NCBI GenBank assembly: GCA_002269645.1
Contig: NIVC01002946.1
Location: 1 to 64,000 of the forward strand
Reading direction: 5' to 3'
Length of the DNA: 64,000 nucleotides
DNA from: Macrostomum lignano
Lineage: Eukaryota
Program-made: the position numbers and the translations under genes
The notes under the pieces: generated by a model
Databases searched by the model: none
Told to the model about the DNA's origin: nothing
What the model saw: the letters and a program-made list of their open reading frames with translations, nothing else
Shown here: piece after piece, positions 36,470-48,800 of the stretch
Layout of the letters: each line of letters begins with the position of its first letter
Position numbering within the stretch: the first letter of the stretch is position 1

Positions 36470-38180
36470 TCCTCACCTGCGCTCCCTTCTCACTTCACCC
36501 TACTCTCCCTGACTCCCTTCTCACTTCACCCTACTCTCCCTGACTCCCTTCTCACTTTATCCTACACTCCCCTGACTCCCTTTTCACCCCACTCTACTCT
36601 CCCTAACTCCCTTTTCACCCCACTCTACTCTCCCTGACTCCTTTTTCACCCCACTCTACTCTCCCTGACTCCCTTTTCACCCCACTCTACTCTCCCTGAC
36701 TCCCTTTTCACCCCATTCTACTCTCCCTGACTCCCTTTTCACCCCACTCTACTCTCCCTGACTCCCTTTTCACCCCACTCTACTCTCCCTAACTCCCTTT
36801 TCACCCCACTCTACTCTCCCTGACTCCCTTTTGACCCCACTCTAATCTCCCTGACTCCCTTTTCACCCCACTCTACTCTCCCTGACTCCCTTTTCACCCC
36901 ACTCTACTCTCCCTAACTCCCTTTTCACCCCACTCTACTCTCCCTGACTCCCTTTTGACCCCACTCTAATCTCCCTGACTCCCTTTTCACCCCACTCTAC
37001 TCTCCCTGACTCCCTTTTCACCCCACTCTACTCTCCCTGACTCCCTTTTCACCCCATTCTACTCTCCCTGACTCCCTTCTCACTTCACCCTACTCTCCCT
37101 GACTCCCTTTTACCCCACTCTACTCTCCCTGACTCCCTTCTCACTTTACCCTACTCTTCATGACTCCCTTTTCACCCCACTCTACTCTCCCTGACTCCCT
37201 TTTCACCCCACTCTACTCTCCCTGACTCCCTTTTCACCCCACTCTACTCTCCTTGACTCCCTTTTCACCCCACTCTACTCTCCCTGACTCCCTTTTCACC
37301 CCACTCTACTCTCCCTGACTCCCTTCTCACTTCACCCTACTCTCCCTGACTCCCTTTCACCCCATTCTACTCTCCCTGACTCCCTTCTCACTTCACCCTA
37401 CTCTCCCTGACTCCCTTTTCACTCCACCCTACTCTCCTTGACTCCCTTCTCACTTTACCCTACTCTCCCTGACTCCCTTTTACCCCACTCTATTCTCCCT
37501 GACTCCCTTCTCACTTCATCCTACTCTCCCTGACTCCCTTTTACCCCACTCTACTCTCCCTGACTCCCTTTTCACCCCACCCTACTCTCCCTGACTCTCT
37601 CACCCCATCCTACTCTCCCTGACTCCCTCTCACCCCACCCTACTCTCTCTGACTCTCTCACCCACCCTACTCTCCCTGACTCTCTCACCCCATCCTACTC
37701 TCCCTGACTCCCTCTCACCCCACCCTACTCTCTCTGACTCTCTCACCCACCCTACTCTCCCTGACTCTCTCACCCCATCCTACTCTCCCTGACTCCCTTT
37801 TCACATCACCCTACTCTCCCTGACTCCCTTTTCACCCCACCCTACTCTCCCTGACTCCCTTTTCACCCCACCCTACTCTCCCTGATTCCCTCTTACCCCA
37901 CCCTACTCTCCCTGACTCCCTCTTACCCCACCCTACTCTCTCTGACTCCCTTTTCACCCCACCCTACTCTCCCTGACTCCCTTTTCATCCCACCCTACTC
38001 TCTCTGACTCCCTTTTCACCCCACTCTACTCTCCCTGACTCCCTTCTCACTTCACCCTACTCTCCCTGACTCCCTCTCACCCCACCCTACTCTCTCTGAC
38101 TCCCTCTCACCCCATCCTACTCTCCCTGACTCTCTCACCCCATCCTACTCTCTCTGACTCCCTCTCACCCCCACCCTACA
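36470..38180. repeat. About 31-bp pyrimidine-rich minisatellite CCCTGACTCCCTTTTCACCCCACTCTACTCT, intergenic
   Basis: Direct reading, about 55 units. Confidence 0.95.
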
Positions 38181-39057
38181 GTCCCTCCCACCGCAGTCCT
38201 ATTCTTCATTGCTTCCTCAGATTTTAATAAAACAAAGACAAGCAGCAAAGCATGCCATGTCAACCATAACTAGGGTCGGGTAACCGCGATTGCGTTATAA
38301 TTGTGTTATCATAAGTTATAGAGAGCAGAGAAGAAGTTTCACATTATAGTTAGCTAATGCCGGGCATTCGCGCCGAGAACAACTGTTATTGTCCAACCAT
38401 CTACGATAAAGTTCAAAGACAGTGACAGCAGAGACGCAGGTTTAATTCGAGGGAAATTTAAAGAAAGAATTATTTAGCTCAGGTACAGCTCCGCATAGGT
38501 CATATATAGGTTACGCATGCATATAAGTATATAGAGTATGCCGAAGAAAATGAAAGTTTTCCAGGAACCCTCGGAGCCGAAAAGGCAGATGCGCGTGCTC
38601 AAATCTGGATCTTATACTATGTTGGTCTTGTATTGCATTACAGGATGGCAAAAATAATATATTCTAACTTATGGCGCTGCACGCGGATCACGGTGAAACT
38701 GCCCGGGGCAAACATGACCTCAGGCTCGGGGGACTGTGTTGGTAAAAGTACACAGACAAGCCAACAAGTTCCTGATACGACATTTGAAACCAAAAATCCC
38801 CATTTGTTGTCTTAAGAAACCATGAAACAGACTAATAATTATATTAGTCGAATTTTCGTAAAATCTGAGTAGAAATTTACAGAAGAGCTCAGGGAACTGC
38901 GCTAAGGTTTAGCGTGCACAGGCACACTAGTTTAGTTCGTGTACTACTTCTAGTGCGCATGTACTAATCAAGTGCGCGTACACTCGTGATAAAAGTGCAC
39001 TGGCACCGCATCAGTCCGCATGCACTTTTCGGATAAATCGGCTGGCCTCCTGAATCC

Positions 39058-39255
39058 CTGGCACTGACTGGGCACTGATGGCTGCCCTCCCATGGCACTG
39101 ATAGGGCACTGATGGCTGCCCTCCCATGGCACTGATAGGGCACTGATGGCTGCCCTCCCATTGCACTGACTGGGCACTGATGGCTGCCCTCCCATGGCAC
39201 TGATTGGGCACTGATGGCTGCCCTCCCATTGCACTGACTGGGCACTGATGGCTGC
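39058..39255. repeat. 34-bp minisatellite GGGCACTGATGGCTGCCCTCCCATGGCACTGATA
   Basis: About 5.5 units, bracketed by an 18-bp inverted repeat. Confidence 0.93.
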
Positions 39256-39872
39256 CAGAAAAGTGCATGCGGACTTTATGACCTTTTTCGGAGGTCTGAA
39301 TTGCTTTCGCGCTAAACTTAACTACTACAAATAGAAAAAGCAAACAACTTAAAGAGAACAGAAAGGCGGTCAACAAAACTGCAGATGCAAAAGAAAAACC
39401 GGAAAGTTCGGAAAGAAAGTCAGCATTTTTAAACGAAATTGTTAAAGGCCATGTCGCGAGCAAAACTGAGTTAACAGTCTGCTTTAATGTTCCAAGTTTC
39501 AGATACCGAACAACTCGGTGAATTTCATTAAAAAGCTTATGAAAAAATATGTGCTATGGCGCAGTCTACAAATTAGAAAATTGAAAAATAGATTATTTGT
39601 TATAATGCTTGTTGTTTCAGTCTACAGGAACAGCTTCCTTCTGCGACACCAATTCGCTCATGAAGCCCAGAACCCTTGTCTTTATGAAAATTAGCTCGTA
39701 CATTCAACAGAAAGTTATTAGCAGTCAGCAGAGATATTAACAAAACAGTAGAAATAATGAATTTGGAAAGAATTCGCAGAGAGCTCCCAGCACAGAGAAA
39801 CTGCATCAAAGGGCCATAAATATTTGCGGAAACAATTAAAACTGATGGTCCGTTTAGAGAGAGCTCAGACTG

Positions 39873-42800
39873 TCAGACACTGGAATGGGCAGTGCTGCAC
39901 ACTCCCGAGGCGACTGGCAGGTCCACGTTGAACTGCAGGATGTTGTAGGCCTTCAGCGAGGCCAGGATGACGTACAGCACCCACAGGCTGATCATGCAGA
40001 CTCCGCACACCCACTTCACCGCCTTGGGGCCGCCCAGCTCCCCGCCGAGTGCCTGCAAATCGATTGGAAAAGGGATATTTCCCATGTCTGACAGGCAGTT
40101 CCCATGTCTAACAGGCAGTTCCAATGTCTGACAGGCAGTTCTCTTGTCTGACAGGCAGTTCCCATGTCTGACAGGCAGTTTCCATGTCTGACAGGCAGTT
40201 CCCATGTCTGACAGGCAGTCCAATCGGTCTGGCTCGTAAATCTGTGGCTTACACCAAAAGCCCCAAAGTCTCAGTGGCAACTCACCCGTCTCACGAACAG
40301 CGTTATGATGCACACGGTGGCCACGGTGAGGAAGAACACCAGCGACTGAAACAGATTGTCCGGGTCAACGCAGTAGGACTTGCCCTTGGCCGCCGCGTAG
40401 ATGGTGGCGATGCACCAGGGCAGGCCGAGGCCCAGGAACACGTTGACACTGTTGGAGCCTGCGGTGCGGGATGTTGATTGACAGTGATTGACAGTGATTG
40501 ACAGTGTTTGACAGTGATAGACAGATTGACAGTGACAGACAGTGACAGACAGTGATTGATAGTGATTGATAGTGATCGACAGTGATTGATAGTGATTGAC
40601 AGTGATCGACAGTGATTGATAGTGATTGACAGTGACAGACAGTGATTGACAGTGACAGACAGTGATTGACAGTGAAAGACAGTGATTGATAGTGATTGAC
40701 AGTGATCAACAGTGATTGATAGTGATTGACAGTGATCGACAGTGATTGATAGTGACAGACAGTGATTGACAGTGACAGACAGTGATCGACAGTGATTGAT
40801 AGTGATTGACAGTGACAGACAGTGATTGACAGTGACAGACAGTGATTGACAGTGAAAGACAGTGATTGATAGTGATTGACAGTGATCGACAGTGATTGAT
40901 AGTGATTGACAGAGATTGACAGTGATTGAAAGTGATTGACAGTGATAGACAGAGATTGACAGTGACAGACAGTGATTGATAGTGCTTGATAGTGATTGAT
41001 AGTGATTAATAGTGATTAATAGTGATTGATAGTGATTGACAGTGATTGACAGTGATTGAAAGTGATTGACAGTGATTGAAAGTGATTGACAGTGATTGAC
41101 AGTGATAGACAGAGATTGACAGTGACAGACAGTGATTGATAGTGCTTGATAGTGATTGATAGTGATTGAAAGTGATTGACAGTGATTGACAGTGATTGAT
41201 AGTGATTGATAGTGATTGATAGTGATTGAAAGTGATTGACAGTGATTGACAGTGATTGATAGTGATTGATAGTGATTGAAGTGATTGAAAGTGATTGACA
41301 GTGATTGAAAGTGATTGACAGTGATAGACAGTGATTGACAGTGACAGACAGTGATTGATAGTGATTGACAGTGACAGACAGTGATTGATAGTGATTGACA
41401 GTGACAGACAGTGATTGACAGTGAATGTGGTTGCTATGCTGACATTTTTGTGTACTTTTATCCCCAGACAGTCTCACCCGTCACATTGCCCACGCTGTTG
41501 TCGGCGTATTCGTCCTGCAAAGCGGCGGTGCGGCTGGCGAAGGTGTCCGGCAGGGAGGTGCCGATGGCCACGATGGTGATGCCCGTCACCGCCTGGTGGA
41601 TGCCCAGCACGCAGCCCAGCAGGTTGCCCAGCTGCGGTGGTTCGGCCGGTGGCGGGGTGGGCGAGTGTAAGTCTCTGGGAGATTTCTGCCCTGCCCCGGT
41701 GGCGTCTTTACGGCGTCATAAATGTGTTCTCAGTGTGCAGGAGATGGTTATTTAGGGTACCAGAGATGGGTATTTAGGCGTGCCAGAGATGGGTATTTAA
41801 GCGTGCCAGTGATGGGTATTTAAGGGTGCCAGTGATGGGTATTTAGGCGTACCAGAGATGGGTATTTTTAAAGCGCGCCAGTGATGGGTATTTAAGCGTG
41901 CCAGAGATGGGTATTCAGGGTTCCAGAGATGGGTATTTAGGGGTGCCAGAGATGGATATTTAAGCGTGCCTGTGATGGGTATTTAGGCGTGCCAGAGATG
42001 GGTATTTAGGCGTGCCAGAGATGGGTATTTAGGCGTGCCAGTGATGGGTATTTAGGCGTGCCAGAGATGGGTATTTAGGCGTGCCAGAGATGGGTATTTA
42101 GGCGTGCCAGAGATGGGTATTTAGGCGTGCCAGAGATGGGTATTTAGGCGTGCCAGTGATGGGTATTTAGGCGTGCCAGAGATGGTTATTTAGGGTACCA
42201 GAGATGGGTATTTAGGCGTGCCAGAGATGGGTATTTAAGCGTGCCAGTGATGGGTATTTAAGGGTGCCAGTGATGGGTATTTAGGCGTACCAGAGATGGG
42301 TATTTTTAAAGCGCGCCAGTGATGGGTATTTAAGCGTGCCAGTGATGGGTATTTAGGCGTGCCAGAGATGGGTATTTAGGAGTGCCAGAGATGGGTATTT
42401 AGGCGTGCCAGAGATGGGTATTTAAGCGTGCCAGTGGTGGGTATTTAGGCGTGCCAGAGATGGGTATTCAGACAGCAAAAAGATTTTTAAGGAATTCTTC
42501 AATAAAATTGATCTCTGACAGGTTATTTAATTAGTGAGCATAGGCTACCTGCTCAACAAAGGCCGTCATGGTTCCGATGACGATCAGCGAGATGACGAAG
42601 GCCGGGTAAGCCTTGAGGTATTGCCTGCACAGCGGGTGGTTTGATGGAGGAAATATTTTGCTCCTTTGAACATTATTTAATAATTATTCAAGCAATTTTA
42701 TAATCAAGAAACTTCATTTTGCATGCACTTTCTTAACCCAAGTATTGATACCTGATGCCTAGATCCTAACTTATTAATCCCCCTGAATCCTACTCGTTTA

Positions 42801-45800
42801 TCCCCTAGATCCAACTCACTGATCCCCTAGATCCCACTCACTGATCTCTTAGATCCAAAAGATTTATCCCTACTCATTGATCCCCAGATCCCACTCACTG
42901 ATCCCCTAGATCCCTACTCACTGATCCCCTAGATCCCACTCATCGATCCCCTTGATCCCACAAATTTATCCCCTAGATCCAACTCACTGATCTTCCAGAT
43001 CCCACTCACCGATCCACTAGATCCCACTCACTGATCTTCCAGATCCCACTCACCGATCCCCTAGTTCCCAGAAATGTATCCCCTAGATCTCACTCACCGA
43101 TCCCCCAGATCCCACTCACCGATCTCCTAGATCTCACTCACTGATCCCCTAGATCCCACTCACCGATCCCCTAGATCTCACTCACTGATCCCCTAGATCC
43201 CACTCACCGATCCCCTAGATCTCACTCACTGATCCCCTAGATCCCACTCACCGATCCCCTAGATCTCACTCACTGATCCCCTAGATCCCAGAAATTCATC
43301 CCCTAGATCCTAGTCAGTCAGCCTCCAACTCAAGGTTAAACCCTGACTCAGACTAAGCCTAGGCTTTATTCAGACCCAGCCATTCAATTTAGCTTTCATG
43401 TTTGCCAAGATTCCAATTTCCGCGATTTCGCTACACTTTTCTCACGTGGGCGGCACCAGGGCGATCAGCACTTTAAAGAAGAAAGTGCAAAAGTGCAGCA
43501 GCAAGTCCAGGCAGCTGATCTCGTTGGGATTTCCGTCTTCATCCTCGCCGGCGTCGATGCTCATCGCCCTGGGATTGGTGGAAAATTCGGCCTTGTGAGC
43601 AGCTTGGGAGAGAGATTCAGTGAGCAGAGAGACAGACTCAATGAGCAGAGAGGCAGACTCAATGAGCAGAGAGGCAGACTCAATGAGCAGAGAGGCAGAT
43701 TCAATGAGCAGAGAGGCAGATTCAATGAGCAGAGAGGCAGATTCAGTGAGCAGAGAGGCAGACTCAATGAGCAGAGAGGCAGACTCAATGAGCAGAGAGG
43801 CAGATTCAATGAGCAGAGAGGCAGATTCAATGAGCAGAGAGGCAGATTCAATGAGCAGAGAGGCAGATTCAATGAGCAGAGAGGCAGATTCAATGAGCAG
43901 AGAGGCGGACTCAATGAGCAGATAGGCGGACTCAATGAGCAGAGAGGCAGATTCAAAAAGAAGGAAGCAGGAACAAAAAACAAAATAAGAGTGAAGAAAG
44001 AAGGCTCTCACTGAATGAACTGTCCCTTGTAGGTCAGCTCCTCTTCCTCATCATCCTGAGCCTCTTTTGCTAGCTGAGCTTCATCATGCTTTGATTCGTC
44101 TGTTGAAAAACGGGTGTTCAGAAATGAATTTAATAAAATACTGTCGAATGGGGAATGATTTAATTCGGCAATGAACTCAACTCCAGACTCACCCGGACCG
44201 ATGAAGCAGACCGCGCCAGACACGGCGCCCAGCTTGGCGCCGAAGCTGGGATTCTTGAGAATCGCTGTGAACTGCTTTGAGGCCTGTGAGAGGCAAGTTT
44301 TAATATGCCAATGAATTTAAAACCTAAATAAAGCTTGCATGATTTGAACTGACACTGCCGATATGTGTCGAAAAAAACTCACAGCGCTGGCCTCGTTGAT
44401 GCGAATTTCCACAGTTTTCTGCATCTCGCCGTGTTTGAAGGTCACCTGCTCGTTGCAGGCCACGTAGTCGAAGCTCTTGCAGTTGTCACCGCCGACTGCT
44501 GAGCCGTCTCTGCCGGGTTCGATGGAGTGGCCGGGTCATTAAATATTTATCACCTGTACCCTCATGATCTCCTTAGCTCTTGTGCCCTTATTATCTCCTT
44601 ATCTCCGTACCCTCATTATATCCTTATCATCTGTTGTAGTGTACATGCCTCTATGCCTTCACGCTTTTCTCTGACTAGCTTTAGCCCTCTTGTTCAACGT
44701 GCACTAGCACTGGCCCCGCCAACCATTGCGTAGCACTGTAGCCGCACGTCGGCAGTGAGTCTATAAAATAGCTCAAATATACGGTCCACGAGACCAGTTT
44801 TGTCGCCACACACTAGCGGACTACACCTGTGCTCTCATTATCTCCTTATCACCTGTGCCGCCCTATCTCATTTTCACCTGCACCATCATTATCTCTTTAT
44901 CACCTGTGCCCTCATTATCTCTTTATCACCTGCGCCCTCATTATCTCCTTATAACCTGTTCCCTCATTATCTCCTTATCACCTGTGCCCTCATTATCTAC
45001 TTATCACCTGTGCCCTCATTATCTCTTTATCACCTGTGCCCTCATTATCTCTTTATCACCTGTGCCCTCATTATCTCCTTATCACCTGTGCCCTCATTAT
45101 CTCCTTATCAACTGTGCCCTCATTATCTCCTTATCACCTGTGCCCTCATTATTTCATATCGGCTCACTCGGTGCAGACGTCCAGCGTGACGGTGCCATCG
45201 GAGCCGCCCATCCTGTCGATGACAAGGCGCAGCACCCCGGAGCTCGGGTCGCCGTGAAAATAAGTTGACGCAAAGTCGAACTCGCCAGGAACTAATGAAT
45301 TGGACAGGTGGGTTCGGCTGGTCAGTTAATTCGCTGGTGGGAGCTGTGGGCGCTGCAGCAGCTTAAAGCGACAATGGGCACGCAGCCAGCAAAGAGGCAA
45401 GCCGTCATGTCCTGAGCACGCTCACACAGTGTACAGCGCCAAACATTTGCTCACTCATTCATTTGCTCACTCACTCATTTGCTCACTCACTCATTTGATC
45501 ACTCACTCATTTGCTCATTCACTCATTTGATCACTCACTCATTTGCTCACTCACTCATTTGCTCACTCACTCATTTGCTCACTCACTCATTTGCTCACTC
45601 ACTCATTTGCTCACTCACTCATTTGCTCATTCACTCATTTGATCACTCACTCATTTGCTCACTCACTCGTTTGCTCACTCACTCATTTGCTCATTCACTC
45701 ATTTGCTGACTCACTCATTTGCTCACTCACTCATTTGCTCATTCACTCATTTGCTCATTCACTCATTTGCTCACTCACTCATTTGCTCACTCACTCATTT

Positions 45801-48800
45801 GCTCATTCACTCATTTGCTCATTCACTCATTTGCTCACTCACTCATTTGCTCACTCACTCATTTGCTCACTCACTCATTTGCTCATTCACTCATTTGCTC
45901 ACTCACTCATTTGCTCACTCACTCATTTGCTCACTCACTCATTTGCTCACTCACTCATTTGCTCACTCACTCATTTGCTCACTCACTCATTTGCTCACTC
46001 ACTCATTTGCTCACTCACTCATTTGCTCACTCACTCATTTGCTCACTCACTCATTTGCTCACTCACCGTCATCATCAATTATGGTGACCTTGGCCACACC
46101 GGGATCGCCAATAATGCCGCTTTCTTCCGGGCAACTCAAATCGATGAAAAACTCCTTGTCCGCTTCGTACTCATAGTCATCAATGATGGGAATGCGGATT
46201 GTCTTCACGTACTCGTCCTCGTTGAATATCTTAATTGGTAGGCAGGCAGTTTATAAATTATTCAGAATAACTGCGTGCGAACTCGTAGGCACAAATTGAC
46301 TGTTGACTGCTTGCTCCTTGTCTCTCCCTGTCTCTCTCCCTGTCTCTCTCCCTGTCTCTCCCTGTCTCTCCTGTCTCTCTCCCTCTCTCTCCCTGTCTCT
46401 CTCCCTGTCTCTCCCTGTCTCTCCCTGTCTCTCCCTGTCTCTCCCTGTCTCTCCCTGTCTCTCCCTGTCTCTCCTGTCTCTCCTGTCTCTCTCTCCCTCT
46501 CTCTCTCCCTGTCTCTCCCTGTCTCTCCTGTCTCTCCTGTCTCTCCTGTCTCTCTCTCCCTCTCTCTCTCCCTGCCTCTCTCCCTGTCTCTCCCTGTCTC
46601 TCTCCCTTTCTCTCCCTGTCTCTCTCCCTGTCTCTCCTGTCTCTCTCCCTCTCTCTCCCTGTCTCTCTCCCTGTCTCTCCCTGTCTCTCCTGTCTCTCCT
46701 GTCTCTCCTGTCTCTCTCTCCCTCTCTCTCTCCCTGCCTCTCTCCCTGTCTCTCCTGTCTCTCCTGTCTCTCTCTCCCTCTCTCTCTCCCTGCCTCTCTC
46801 CCTGTCTCTCCTGTCTCTCTCTCCCTCTCTCTCTCCCTGTCTCTCTCCCTGTCTCTCCTGTCTCTCTCCCTCTCTCTCCCTGTCTCTCTCCCTGTCTCTC
46901 CCTGTCTCTCCCTGTCTCTCCTGTCTCTCTCTCCCTCTCTCTCTCCCTGTCTCTCTCCCTGTCTCTCCTGTCTCTCTCCCTCTCTCTCCCTGTCTCTCTC
47001 CCTGTCTCTCCCTGTCTCTCCCTGTCTCTCCCTGTCTCTCCCTGTCTCTCCCTGTCTCTCCCTGTCTCTCCTGTCTCTCCTGTCTCTCTCTCCCTCTCTC
47101 TCTCCCTGTCTCTCCTGTCTCTCCTGTCTCTCTCTCCCTCTCTCTCTCCCTGCCTCTCCCTGTCTCTCCTGTCTCTCCTGTCTCTCTCTCCCTCTCTCTC
47201 TCCCTGCCTCTCTCCCTGTCTCTCCCTGTTTCTCCTGTCTCTCCTGTCTCTCTCTCCCTCTCTCTCCCTGCCTCTCTCCCTGTATCTCCTGTCTCTCCTG
47301 TCTCTCCCTGCCTCTCTCCCTGTCTCTCTCCCTGTCTCTCCCTGTCTCTCTCCCCGTCTCTCCCTGTCTCTCTCCCTGTCTCTCCCTGTCTCTCCCTGTC
47401 TCTCTCTGTCTCTCCCTGTCTCTTTCCCTCTCTCTCCCTGCCTCTCTCCCTGTCTCTCTCCCTGTCTCTCCCTGTCTCTCTCCCCGTCTCTCCCTGTTTC
47501 TCCCTTCTGCTTCAGCTGTCCATGGTTTCTCCTTGTAGAAAGTCAGTTTCCCCCAAATTCTTCACTCATCCATCCCCCCAGCTCACCACGGCGCCCTCAG
47601 TGTGGCTGAAGTCGTGGCCGTCCTTGGCGGTGCCCTCCCGGGTGCAGTAGTTCACGCTGACAACCCCGGTCTTCTCAGTGAGGCTGCTCTCCGCTGGTTC
47701 CTCATCGGCCGGGGCTGAATCCTGGCCAGCCGCCTGGAATATAGCGGCCAATTGGTGGGCGTTGTTTTATTATTCTATTCATCTACTATTAGTAGAGGGC
47801 TGGCCCATATTTTTTCTCAAAGCACAGACGATTATTGTAATTTTCAGTCCACTCCATCAACGCTTTGCTGAGCCGCTCCAAAACTGTCATCAATGCTATA
47901 TTGTTGCTGCTGACAAGATTTTCCAGCTTCAATGCTGCCTTCTGCTCAGCAGCATCCCTCAGGAGCTCGCCATTGAGCATTGAGCTGTGTACAGAGAGCA
48001 TTTCTCTCTTTTCCAGAACAGGTCCTGCAGGCGCGTTGCTAGCCGCCCCCGGCTAATCCCTGCATGGCCCATTGGGAGAGGCTCTCTGAGTGGCACTCGT
48101 TGGCACCTTTTTGAACCCGAAAATACGCATTTACCACCCGAATAGCAATGTGTACTCAACTGTACTCAACTTTTAAGCCTTTAATTGCATAGCGATATTA
48201 TTATTTTTTGTATACCATTTTCAATTTCAAATGAATCTCATTTACTTTATTTCCTAAGTGTTATGAAATCTGGAGTTTTGTTATAATAGTAGATAAATAA
48301 ATTATTTAAATATCTCTCCACTCACCGACAGAGGCCGGTGGCCGCTCACGCTGGGAGGCAAACTGGAACATCAGTGAGAGAGATTGCCAATTGACAAAAA
48401 ACAATCCGATATGAAAATCAATGAAGCCAGTTATTCCCAGGTGGCAACTCACGGGATTTTCCTGTACAGAATCAGGTCAACCTCGATGTGGCCGCCGCTC
48501 TCCAGCACCGAGTAGTTCGGGCTCGAGAAGGTCACCTTGCCCCAGTTGTCCGTGGCTGCAAAATGTGGCGGGCGGAGCGTCGGCTGAATGGTTTGGCTCC
48601 AGAGCAGGGTAAAAATTGATTTCAATTCACTCAGCCAAACAGCTGCTCGTGCCAGTAGCCTGCGCATTAATTATTTATTAACGGCGGATCAGGTGACACA
48701 GCAATGCAATTAATACCGCTCGTGAATTCCCAGTGTTCGGACAGCCTGGGGAATGGCTACGAAGCAATTGAAAAAATCCAGAGCCCTTTGAGCATCCCTG

